Shown: positions 10,661-22,769 of the stretch, in pieces
How positions within the stretch are numbered: the stretch's first letter is position 1
Layout: the number at the start of each line of letters is the position of its first letter
Origin: Mesotaenium endlicherianum
Taxonomy: Eukaryota
NCBI GenBank assembly: GCA_009602735.1
Contig: WELA01003606.1
Coordinates: forward strand, 655,602-719,601
DNA length: 64,000 bases
Reading direction: 5' to 3'
The notes under the pieces: model-generated
Told to the model about the DNA's origin: nothing
Database searches by the model: none
What the model saw: only the letters and a program-made list of their open reading frames with translations
Position numbers and translations under genes: made by a program

Positions 10661-13434
10661 TTACGAAAAAAAACTTCCATCCTGACAATGCCTTGCGGCA
10701 GCGGCTCAACTTGAGGCATCAGATTTGCAGTAGAGGTAACTGGGTAGGGAATTGGCACTAGCCCTTGCGAGCCACGGTCCCTGCTACTCACAGTTTCCAA
10801 TTGCTCCATAATCCGAGGTTGCCATACCAACGGTGTTGGCATGTTGATGCTCGTATAGCTTTCCTTTTTGCGCTTCATGATGTCGTCGCGAGATTCTGGG
10901 TACCTGTCGTTAACGCAGCAGTCTAGTCGCCCGTAGTTTGCTTCTCCTGTGTAAACCATCTTCTCAGGAATTTCTCCTGCCGGCTGCTGATTTGTTGACT
11001 GGTAAGTCACCCTCTGCTTCCGCAGATCAATGACCATACCCAAGGGAATCAGTGCTTCTGTTCCCAAGAGAACATCATAGTTCTCTGCCTCCGTCACTGT
11101 GCACTCCATGAGTAGTGACGCCTCTTCAGGTTTCCCTAGATTTACAGTGATTATCACAGGCTTGCGGGTAATCCCACAAGACTTTGAGACTTGCCCTGAG
11201 GTAGTTCTCAACTGGAAAGGAACTTCTTTTAGGTCCCTTGCCGTCAATCCTAGAGCTTTCACAGATCACTTTTCCAAGATGACTGGCTGTGCACCCGTAT
11301 CCAACAAAATGTTCAACAGAATGTTAGGGACTGCCAAGTTATTGAACATTAGTCCACCATCCCTAATCTGCACTCTTACGGTGCTAAAATTGGTAGGCAA
11401 TGAGGCGCTGTTTGCACCCTCCTCAGCTGTATCCGGCTGATGTCCGGCTTCTTCAACCGTGAATGGGTAAGTGATATGCAAATCAGCGAGAGAAAGCAAA
11501 GGAGCATGCTGGATCCGGTGATCCACCAGGGCCTTCAGCTTCTCCAGCAAAAAACTAAATGTCTTACGCGTCCTAGGCCTGGCTTGTCGTAGCTGCCAAA
11601 TCTCATTTTCATCCAGAGTGATCCGAAAAGTCTGAGGAAGCTTCCTAGCATTCCTTTGTACCAGACGGTTGTGATCTGCTTGCTCGGCAGCCGTTGCGTC
11701 CACAGCCTTTTCAGGCATCAGCTTCTCGCCTTTGCAAACGGTCCTTTCTGCGAAATGTGCATCATAATAGACATTGGGCGTATTTAGTTTCGCAAACTGA
11801 GCTTTCAACTCAGCGATTTCTGCACTCATAGCTTCATACTTCTGGTTACCCTTGCGGTTACCAGAGCCACCCTTTTCTTTCTTCGTTCCCTTGTCTGCCT
11901 CTTTCATGGCAACATTTGCCCATGGCGGCTTTAAATTTAGATTCTTAGACCAGCACTCATCTTTTGAGTGTCCCTTCTTGCTGCAATGTGCACATATCTG
12001 TGCATCCGGGTACGGACAATCTCTCTTCAGATGTCTTGATTTCCCGCAATTCCAACAACTCTCTGCTCTTTCAGCAGTGTTGGCATGCTTAGCAAACTTA
12101 TTGAAAGACTCGCTCTTTTTCTTAAACTGAAAATTAGAGCCGTTGGCCTTAGGCGAAGAGAATTCCTCCCTCCTCTCAGGGGCCATAAGCGTCCTCAAAG
12201 CCTCTTTATACCACACTTTACCTTCTTCGACATTGCGTGCTATTTCAACCGCCTCGTTGATGTCCCAGTCAATCCCGTGCTTCGCAGACAGGTGTGGCCT
12301 GACTTCACAATCGGTTTCCTTGCCCAAGCACAACAGAAACTTGTCAGCCACAATTCTGGGTTCGTGTATTTTTGCCTTTTTGGCGAGGTCTACCAATCTG
12401 GATTTGACCTCCATGACTGTCTTGTTCTTTCGACGGACAAAATGCACATAACGGTGCATCTTAAGACTGCGATCCTCTTGGAATCGTGCTTCAAGCAACT
12501 TTAAGAAACGGCGCAGGCAATGCTCGGAGTCTAGAAAGTCATCCCTAGCCTCCATATCCTTACGACAGTTAGCCAAGGCTTGCGCATGGCTTGCCTCTGT
12601 CGTGGCACTATTGCTTTGCTGACTATTAAAAGGTACAGCTCTGCGCCTTACTCATTCCTGAGCATTAGCAATCTTTTCAGACGATTCTGCACACACCTTT
12701 CGCAACTCTGCGACAGAGCCGGCATCACCATTCTGAGTAGCAGCCCTTTGCTGGCCCTCAGCGAGTTGCCTCATGGCCTCTGTTAATTCTTGTGTTAATG
12801 CAGCTAAGACTATGCTCTCAACAAGTGCAGTTGGCACTGCTCTTCCTAAAGATAAAGCAGACATTCGGGCTTTCGCAGCCTCTTTCTGGATTTTCAAATC
12901 CCTAGCCCTTTTTTGCTCTCCAAATGCCCATTCCTGGGTGAGATCCTCATCCTTCCGGAATTGGTGATATAGCAGCAGGGCATCCTTGTCCAAGTACTGA
13001 ACCAAGCCTATAAATGCAACAATTTGCGTATAAGAGGAATCTTTTCGAATCTTCTCAAAAAATTCTGCCTAATAGATCTCATCAAACTCTTTGAAAGTGA
13101 GACCGTTTTCGCTGGTTTGTCCGCTAAAACACTTTGCAGACAGCTTAAACTTAGGATACTCATCCCGATCATCACCGGCCATTTCAAACGGTGACCAGGA
13201 CTCACTGACTCTGCCCCACACGTCTTGCTCTCTGCCCAAATCAGGTGCAAAGGCTCGCGTGTTATCCGGGTTCTCCCCGCTTGCGGAGATATGGCAAGAC
13301 TTGTCTCTCGATGGTTGCTCACTCCACCGGTTGTCAATATGCTCACACGTCTCACTTCCTCGTGGACTCTGGCTAGAATCAGACACTTTTGCAGGCTCCA
13401 CAGAGTGGTAGAGTCTTCCACTTCTCAACCGCAT
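10661..13434 (-). pseudogene. Element D gag (two CCHC knuckles) and aspartic protease
   Basis: MRLRSGR start; CWNCGKSRHLKRDC and CAHCSKKGHSKDEC; ILLDTGAQPV ... YDVLLG. Confidence 0.9.
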
Positions 13435-14787
13435 ATACAGTTGAATTTCTCCGGGTCGCCTTCCAGGTTAAACACCGGCAGCCTTCACAGGCCTCAATCT
13501 CCAATTGACTTGGGAATTCTTGTTCACGTGAACCAGTCAGACCTCAAGTTTTTAGAAGTAGGACAGAAGCGTCTTACTTCCACACAGGCTTTTGCCCAAG
13601 TTGAGGGTTTACAGAACGAACAACTTTGTAGTTTGCAAAAATCACGTCTAAGCAGCTTAACAAGCAATGCCAGATTCAGAGAAAATTGCCCTTCAAGGCT
13701 TTCGCTTAACTTTCACAAGTTATAGCTTACAAAACTCTGAAACTGCACATCTATGCTGGCCTGGTCTGAGCTCTTCGCTCAACATCGCGCCTTAACAGCT
13801 CTTCACTGCTTGGCTGGGCTCACTCAGTTATTCACTGAGAGCTTTACTTGTTAATACTACTCTTGCTATCAGCAATTCGACAATTGAGACTTCTGAGAGC
13901 TTGGAAACTAACACAGCACTCACCATTTTAAGTGACTCTCGCCCGCTTGTGGCGTTTGACCCGAATCTGTGCTAATCTCCTAACAGATTCTATTCTGCAG
14001 CTCTCTAGTTTCTACCAGTGAGATCCTCTCCTGGGAACTCCTGAGGTCTAACCTTTCTATGATACACTTAGGAAGAAATCTTCCAGCGTCGGCAGAAGCG
14101 TGGCGTCTCGGCTCTTCTATGGCCTTGGGAACTCCTTCTTCTTTGCCCTCCTTCTGCTCTTTCAACTTCCTTGACAACGATGCTAGCAAGAATGAGGCAG
14201 CTTCAGGCAAGACTCGTGCCTTTCACAGGCACCGCACATTATCCTCTCTCGAGAATGCCAGTGCTTGGTCATAGCGCTTAGCTTGCATGCCGTCCTTACC
14301 TAGCAGCTCTCACATTGCTTAGAAATTGTCATTTAGCATGCATGCATGCCTTGGGATTGTCGCGCGTGACCGCTTAGCCTTTCAGCTGACAATCACGTCT
14401 ATGTGGCTGGCTGGCAGCGTTTAAGATGAACACTTAAGCCGTGACTAGTCGCCTGAGAGTCTTGGCCGAGGTGGCACACAATACCTCTGCAACATCCCTG
14501 CTGTACTTGGCTTAGATAGCCAATTGATCAATACCTTTCTTGGCACTTGCTGGGTCGGCTCATTGCTGGTTCCATCCCCCTAGCCTTCCGGCTGACTACT
14601 CCGTCCAAATCCCCATCCATCCCTGGGTGTGGGTTTGACGTGTCGTGACCACTTTGACAATAATAATGATAATGACTTTGACATGACCGCTGACTGAGAT
14701 AACTCGGTCCTTTGGTTGGTGAGTCAACGCTGACTTCCCGTACTTGGGCGGCCGTGACTTGCGCTGTGCGTGCGGCACTGTCAAGTG

Positions 14788-15286
14788 TGTAGTGATTTGA
14801 GTTATTATATATTAGTTTGCATATATTTTAATGTTTTCAAATATATGTGGAGTAGTATTGTGTAGAGTCAAGTGTGAATAGGTACTTTAGTAACTTGGTT
14901 CATGTCCTTTGAACCTTCCAAGGCATTTTTGAAGTTAGAGGGAAGACCTAGAAGAACTCCATGTGGCAAAAGTCAAATGTGCCATTTTTAGGTCAAAAGG
15001 ACATGTGTACATTATTCTAGAAAGAGGTGGCAAGTTTTGGGATGTGTTGGGTGCCAACACATCAACATACACTTTCCTAGAAATTACTTATGTAGCAAGT
15101 ATATAAACAAGAGCTAGAACATAGAAAGACATTCCAGAATCACTCTTGTACTTGCCAAAATCCAGAAATATATTAACTTTCAAGAAGCCATCTCTCTTTC
15201 AAGAAGCTACCACTTGTGTTCAAAGATCCTTGTCTTGAATAAAGTATTCTATTTCACAAAGTACTTTATCTATCTGTTTCACTACA
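14788..15286 (+). mobile_element. Family C solo LTR with 5-bp TSD AAGTG
   Basis: TGTAGTGA...TCACTACA; AAGTG at 14783-14787 and 15287-15291; matches the LTRs of 44959-51652. Confidence 0.95.
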
Positions 15287-16196
15287 AAGTGGATAGCGGT
15301 CGCGACATTGTGTATAAATATTGTTTGTACGTATGTATATGCATAGACATGTGTATATATGTCATAGCTATGTGCATTACATTATTAAACATAACACTTC
15401 AATAGATAGCGCGATAAATGATATACACTAACGTACATGCTATGGCACGATGACACTTTGTGCTGTCATCTCGTTGACACCTACGTGATGTCATGAGACT
15501 GTTTGTTTACACTTAGGGTCATACATTTAACACCTATGAAAAGGTTTGTCTCCTCTAACTCGTCAAGTTTAGAGATTGATTTGTTGTTTGTCACAAACAA
15601 TTGAAACAATTGTCCTGTTATAACAACCTAAAAATAGGTGTTGGAGGAGTGTCAAGTGCACCCAGTGACTTGCGTTGGCAAGTAAATATATTTGCATATT
15701 CATTCTAATGCAAATCCCAGAGCATCTCGTCATTATTTTTGGTAAATTATTGCACAAGTCTTTATTAAAAAATGTGGTAAAGATTCTCTTGAAAGGTCCA
15801 TTGTTACATTGGTGTTAAAGTAAATCATTATTCCACTCAAATAACCTGTGAATGATTGTTCAATATTACTTTGGTTCGTTAAGATTTGAAAAGCAAGCTT
15901 GTGTTTTTTGCTTTTTGCAAAAAAAAAACGTTGACTTTCAAAGGTTTATGTCTAAGAAGTTAACAAGAAGGAAAGGGGCTTGCTAGGACCGAAATCTTGT
16001 CAAATTCTTGGCAATCAACCACGTCAAACCGGTCAAACCGAGACAACCTCTCGGCAAGCGGGGAGTAGCTTTGCCTCATTTTCGTCAATCAAGCCAAGGA
16101 ATTTATTGGCCCAGGACGGTGGCGAGGGTGACCTCGACAAGCTCTAGGTCTCATTGCCCTGCCATATCAGTTAACGAGGGGGGGCGGGGGAGAGGG

Positions 16197-16596
16197 NNNN
16201 NNNNNNNNNNNNNNNNNNNNNNNNNNNNNNNNNNNNNNNNNNNNNNNNNNNNNNNNNNNNNNNNNNNNNNNNNNNNNNNNNNNNNNNNNNNNNNNNNNNN
16301 NNNNNNNNNNNNNNNNNNNNNNNNNNNNNNNNNNNNNNNNNNNNNNNNNNNNNNNNNNNNNNNNNNNNNNNNNNNNNNNNNNNNNNNNNNNNNNNNNNNN
16401 NNNNNNNNNNNNNNNNNNNNNNNNNNNNNNNNNNNNNNNNNNNNNNNNNNNNNNNNNNNNNNNNNNNNNNNNNNNNNNNNNNNNNNNNNNNNNNNNNNNN
16501 NNNNNNNNNNNNNNNNNNNNNNNNNNNNNNNNNNNNNNNNNNNNNNNNNNNNNNNNNNNNNNNNNNNNNNNNNNNNNNNNNNNNNNNNNNNNNNNN
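16197..16596. other. Assembly gap (N run)
   Basis: About 400 N. Confidence 0.99.
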
Positions 16597-17259
16597 GGGG
16601 GGGTCCTAGCTTGCCCTTGGCTCCTTCTTTATTTAGGGGGAATTTTTGACCTCCTAATTGTCATCCGGGAAAAGAAGTACCTTGGCCCAAATCATCAGGT
16701 GATGGGGGTGGCCATGACAAGCCCGTCCCTTGTAGCCCTGTCCTTTTTGTCCTTGTCCCCTAGCTTGTCTGTTGTTGGCCGAGAGAGTTATGTGTGGTGC
16801 TGTGTGGTCCGTTCAGCTTTGCATTTAGTAACACACGGCCAGAATGTACCCGCGGTCAACTCGTGATTAATTTTGAGCTCCTTTTTCTGTCCTTTCTCCT
16901 TGTATTTCAGCTGCTACTTGTGTTGAGTATGCAAAGTTCCATATTAGTAACGAGTTTTAAAGATGTTGAAAGTGCAAGTAAAAGTACTCAATAGTAATTT
17001 CTCAAAGTTAAAATGAATGTTCCAACTTCTAATCAACCACTAATAATTTTGTCTCAACAGATCATTTTGTATTGAGAATGCGTAGTCCAAGAGATTTTTA
17101 GATGATTTTTGTTATTATTGTTTAATTCAAAAATATTAATTGTAGGCATTGACTCTATTATGAGATATTTATCTAAGCAAATGAACAACATTTATAACCA
17201 AAACAATATTCTTATCTAACTATGTGTATCTAACACTATCCTTTTCCAAAAAAGGTAGA

Positions 17260-18985
17260 CGCGGCTTAGCCTGGTTGTCGTAGGAGGTAGAGATTGATGC
17301 GGATCACATGGTTAAATTGGGTGATATGCAGGGAACAAATATGTAAATTGCACATGTAACCATGGTTGCCTAAGAGCTGATGGGCTCAGTAGGTATCTAA
17401 GCCAATGGGTAAAGAATTTTGTCAACCAATGGTCAAAAAATTTGTAAAACATGAATCATCTTAATTTTCATGATGTATAAGCATGATATATAAGGCGAGC
17501 GTTGCCTTGATAGAACATACAAAGCATGGCGGCCTCATCGCCTTGAGAAACTTGCTACTGGATCTTCGTCAACTATTGAGTGATATAAGAACGTAGAAGA
17601 GCCGTTTGCATCATTGGATTGGGTATGTCAACTGGTAGCATCCTTTGAGGGTTGAGCAAATTGCTTGAAGAGGAGATTTGCGGGTGATGTGTCTTCACAA
17701 ACGTATAAGACTTAGAATAGGGAGACTCTAGTAGAAGCTCAAATGGAGGAGTTGTTGGAAGCGATGAGGTAGGACCAATGGACGTCCTAGACTCCTGTTC
17801 GGAGTTTTGGAAATTGATGTATTTGGCCAGGATGTCCTGAATGGTTCGATTGTTGCTTTTGGCCAAGCTATCAGTTGTCAGTGCGGAGACGGCAAAAGAA
17901 GAGGGGTTGGCAAATAATGCGATCAAGGAAGACCTTGGCGATGCAAGAGACGATGGCCTTCGGAATAGCTGTGTCAAATGACCCACCGCGCGAGGAAGTT
18001 GGTAATTAGAAGAATGTGACGTTTCTGCTTTTCGAGAGGATCTTTCCTCGGTATTCAAGGAATATTTAATTCAAGTGGAAGGAAAATCTGTATACTTGTG
18101 GAAATTGACGAATACTCGAAAGAGCGAAAGTGAAAACTAACGTAGAATGTGTGCTTGTGAGAGTTGCACTCACAATGACTCTTCAGGTATTTATACTTTC
18201 ACAACATGAGGCACTGGAGTACTTTGAGTCACCACCTAGGGCACTGGTTCATGTTCAACGAAAACGGTCAAAGGGACGTGTCCCATTCGGCCGAATGCTC
18301 GAAACGCGCAGTTGGCCGTTTGGAGACTTTTCGACGGTTTCTGAAAAACCGTTTCGCGCCAAACGGGCGTTTTCGCGTTCTCGCGACTTTTTTGGAAAGT
18401 CGCGATTGATCGCGGAGTCGCGAACACATGCTTTCGTCATGAATCGATAGTTTAAAAAGCTACTCTGGCCAATCGGTTAGGTGTGAACGTTTCAAACGAA
18501 AGTCGCGGGCTCAAATCCGCTCGGATGCAAAGCGACTTTGCATATTTCGTTTCGTTTGACTTTACGACTGTTTGTTCGTAATAATGATACGACAGTTTCT
18601 TCGTATTACGACTAGTCGTAATCCGAAATCTGTGATTGTCCATTATTCGTAATAATGACAATCAAAATAACTTAATCAAACAATGATTAATCAAATTATC
18701 ATCTCATAATCATTCAAAGTAACTGCATGAATTATGTCGTACTTTTGCAATGTAGTCGAATTACGTTACGACGCTTTTTGCAATAGTATCTCGGTCGTTT
18801 CGCCAATCGACCGGGAATTAATTGGCACACGTGTGTGGCGAATAATTCAATGTGATGCAATTGTTTATCAAATAAGTTATTATAAATAGTATAACGTATT
18901 TTAGGTAATTGGGAAAACGTCTCAAATACGCTTAAAAAGCTCAAATCGTTACAAAGAAAGGCAAAATTTGGACCCATAATAACCA
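17260..18985 (-). mobile_element. Highly decayed retroelement relic (gag-like ORF remnant with upstream LTR/UTR-like sequence)
   Basis: Ser/Pro-rich ORF 17573-18058 continuing into a stop-riddled gag-like stretch; termini not defined. Confidence 0.3.
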
Positions 18986-18989
18986 TGGC

Positions 18990-19540
18990 CACGAGTTCAC
19001 AGTGAGGAGGCGCCGAAGCTAAAGTTGCTGGCATATGATGCAGTCGAGAAAGAACTCGGCAACGTAAGAGGTGGTGGCCTTTGAACTAGTTGTGTCAATG
19101 ACCTACCACGTGAGGTGGTTGATAGCTAGGACTATGTAAGAATTGTCCTTGGCAAACGGGAAAAACGGGCCCATAATATCCATGGGCACAAGATCAAAGG
19201 GCTCGTTGCCTTGAACGGGGGCAGTTGCCTTAGAGCGAAAGTGCCTTGTTCCAAGTTTGTATGAAGGTCGTGGCCAAGGAATATCTAGTAACAATTGCAC
19301 AACCTTCTTGAAGGTTATATAGAACTCCAAGCGGCCACTTCCAAAGACTTGGTCGTGGGCGGCAGCAAAATAGTGATGTCAATTTTTTCCGAGAATCGCT
19401 AAGCGGTGGTAGTCCTATGTCATAAGAAAGATGACATCATTGAGAAGGCAAAAATGGCTGGGGAAAGTGGTTGCGTTTGCAAGACATCCGAAGCATTGGA
19501 CGTTGTCGTTGGTCAGAGTTGTGTGTTCGGACTTCCCAAA
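18990..19540 (-). pseudogene. Gypsy integrase fragment
   Basis: EPFDLVPMDIMGPF...YIVLAINHLT (first Asp of the integrase core). Confidence 0.7.
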
Positions 19541-20662
19541 AATAATTTAGTAAATTTTGAAGAATGACAATATAAAACTAGTACAAGATTAAACATAATA
19601 TACACACTTCATGTCATAATCTTATTTAATAAGTTTTAAAATAAAAAACAAAGCATAACATCACATTAATAGAGTTAATATATAGATTATTTAACATAAT
19701 CATATGCATGCATTAAAATAATTGTTATCTTACAAATGTCACAAAAGATGCAAGAGTCTAATTCAACATGTAAAAGAAAAATAAAGAACGTCCAATTAAA
19801 CATGATGCTCTTGTCATGAAAGTACATACATTTATACAACATTTCTTTGGAAAACAACAATTGGCAGTAATTTGATACTCGTAATCATTAACACAACATG
19901 TCTTTTAAATTTTCTATTATATATTAATACACAAATTAAAATGTAATAAACGTATCAATTTTGATGAGTAGATTACACTCTATACATAAAAAATCAATAA
20001 AATAATTTAATAATATCTAATGAATAGCTTGATCAAAACAACTTAGAAAAATCAAAAGTATGTTTTAAAGCCTAAAATCATTCAAAATTACTTTGTGAAA
20101 AAAAATGATAAAACATATTTACAATAACATCTTGTTTTTCCTGTATATTTAAAGATTAAATTTTTTAAATTAATCTTATTTTTCACCAATATAATAATGA
20201 ATGCGTATTTTCTCTTTTCTACATATGTCATGATAATTACATTCGATATATTCAGTACATTATTTTTTAAATAGTACATTATTTAAAATTTATATTTATT
20301 TGTAATGCACGTGCTCTATAATGTATACAATTGTCTACATTGCGATATTTTAACAATATTATTTTTTGAACATTGTACGTAAGTCATTTACTCTGATGTA
20401 GTTATCACTCCATAAATTGTTCTTATATAATTTAATGATGATTAATAAAATACATACTTAAAAGATTGAAGATATAATAGTTCTTAAAATAATTTCATTG
20501 TACCAATAAAACATGTGTAATAAACATCACTTAGTAAACAAGATATTTTCTTGTTGATATGTAGAGAAATTCATGTTACATAATTAATTTGTAAACTAAG
20601 TAAATTTTCACAACTGTAAACTTCAATTTATTCTATTCATAAATAGACTATATCCTAAATCA

Positions 20663-20738
20663 AAATGGATCGTTGGTTCATAATGATATGATATCGATCA
20701 TTATATATATTGATAATCGGTGAACCAACGATCCATTT
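20663..20738. repeat. Perfect 18-bp inverted repeat with 40-bp AT-rich spacer
   Basis: AAATGGATCGTTGGTTCA (20663-20680) / TGAACCAACGATCCATTT (20721-20738). Confidence 0.9.
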
Positions 20739-20915
20739 AAGTTCAAGAAGATGCATCATATCAGCATCAGTTGCTGTATGTATATAGATTAGTAGAATGG
20801 TTCGATATGTATAAATTGTGAACCAGTGACTAATTTCAGTCCAAAAGATGACTTATTTATAAAAAGAAAAAATATTGATCCAGTGCATGAGCAATATTGA
20901 CGCTATTGGCCTTCT

Positions 20916-21174
20916 TGTTGTGACTGAGACTGTCGAAGGGCGCTAGGCATCAGCAGGGAAAGGAAGTACAGGACTCACAAAGGAAATACCCTTAGAATAG
21001 GCAAGGACTGACTAATCTAAGTGCTGGTGGCAAAAAATCTCCTCTAACAGGAGGAAAGTCCACGGTTTATGAGCTGTAAATACGAAAAATAATATGAAAA
21101 ACCTGGGCATAAATGGGCACAACTAGGGCAGCTAAATTCGCAAAGAACTAAGAAAAAAGTGAACAATGAAACCA
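20916..21174 (-). repeat. Family E short LTR (older copy)
   Basis: Diverged direct repeat of 22770-23027 (TGTTGTGACTGAGAC...TGAAAC). Confidence 0.75.
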
Positions 21175-21739
21175 TTCTAAAAGACTAAGAGTGTGGGCGG
21201 ACGAACTAGTAATACAAATACGTTAGTGGGCAAGATCAATAAAATGTCTAATGACTAGGCTAGAAATATTATGGCGGGCTTTGGCCTCGCGAGGTTCTAT
21301 ATTAGCGAATCCGTGGCATGTATTGATTATGAGAGTGTCTCACTACAATGAGTAAAGCAACAGGCAAGTACGAGCAAGGGATAAGCATAGACGAGAGCTC
21401 GAGAGAAAAAGTAGTGTAGAAGCATCAAACGACATACAAATGCTGACACTCTGTGAGTGTGAGCTCGCGACCTAAATAGCATGCCCACAAACATCTAACC
21501 CACTGCCGAAAGCAAAAAATCCTACCTACGAGGGTGACGCACTATAACGCTACATTGACGAAGCAAAAAGACTACCAAATAAAATATGAAAAAAACTCAG
21601 GTTAAAAAGGACAACATAGTACGAAGAGACGACCACCCAAACCCCATATATACGCCCGTACCCTCCCTAAATCCCTAGCAACCCGGTGGGCATACCCGCC
21701 GGAGTTGCCTATCGTACATGACGACCAAGTCACGGGCAA

Positions 21740-22451
21740 TGAAAGGGGGAAGGGTGCGGGGAGTGCGCCCATACACACTCACGCACCCTCACCCGCGAGT
21801 GGAAGCGTGCACGAGGACCTTTCCTAGTTGCATACATAAGGTGGAGTGGCCTGGTGGTATGCCACCCTTGCAAGAGTTAGAGGGTTACATGAGAGAGGAG
21901 TGGAAAAGAACTCACTTTATTAAGAAAAGTCGTGTACAAGATACGAAGGTTAGACTAGAATAAGCCCCGTCTACTTCCTTGTGCTTCCCATTTATCCTTT
22001 AACTCTAAGTGTCGTCTCTAGCAAAGTACCTCCAGAACCTTCTCCTATGGCTCCTTCCATGTAGGTGACCTTGCCTAGTTGGACAAGCTAGCACACTCAC
22101 ACGCACACAATCACCCTCTAGAATATTCTACTTCACAATCCACTAACTTCTCACGGAGTTTCTAGAAATTCCACGATCACTTTCGCACTCTACGTAATTG
22201 TACGTAGTTTCTGGAATCCTCATGTTTCAATGTCCTACTTCCTGGACTCCAACCAAAATTTTCGTCACAGGACCTGTTTTTGTCATTAAATAGAATCTGT
22301 GACATTAAAAAATCACTACAAACTTCCAAAATTCATAACTTTTCCAATACTTGTCCAAATGACTTGAAATAAAAGCCAAAGTTCTTCTAAAATTACACTT
22401 GATGCATATAAAATACTAGAAAGATACAAACTACACATTCATAACCTTACA
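21740..22451 (-). mobile_element. Solo LTR (family G, termini resemble B) with 5-bp TSD GGCAA
   Basis: Minus strand TGTAAGGTTATG...CCCCTTTCA; GGCAA at 21735-21739 and 22452-22456. Confidence 0.88.
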
Positions 22452-22769
22452 GGCAACTACAGCTCTCACTTGGTACCAGCGCCGACCCAATGAGCAAGGG
22501 AACTCGTGGCTCGACCTCCACACGTGTGGGCGGCAAAACCACGTGTGGAGGAAAAGGGATTGCGGGGGATCCGGGCGGAACCTCACAGCTGCTCAACAAC
22601 AGAACGTCGTGAGCGGATCATAGGTCCAAGTGTTTGCTGCAGTCGTTTGTGAACCAGGCCATCCTCACCTACCACCCTAATCCAACTAACCACTAGCCTG
22701 TCAACACCCACCACCCCAGATCACTTGGATTAAACATACATGAGACTCTACAGTACAAAACACGACAGC

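Larger units (their letters stand above)
2314..14783 (-). mobile_element. Element D: decayed Ty3/Gypsy with gag-PR-C5 DNA methyltransferase-unknown-RT-RNase H; interrupted by B1 (5037-9004) and cut at left by the A LTR
   Basis: Collinear minus-strand ORF pieces 13434 to 2314; pieces starting 13434, 13005, 12576 and 11262 share one frame. The 5' boundary (TGACAG at 14783) is tentative. Confidence 0.85.

Noticed and set aside
13435..14783. Defined 5' LTR/PBS for element D
   Set aside because: No second copy in the window and no recognisable PBS, so the boundary cannot be supported
16008..16649. 213-aa ORF
   Set aside because: Open only because it spans the N gap
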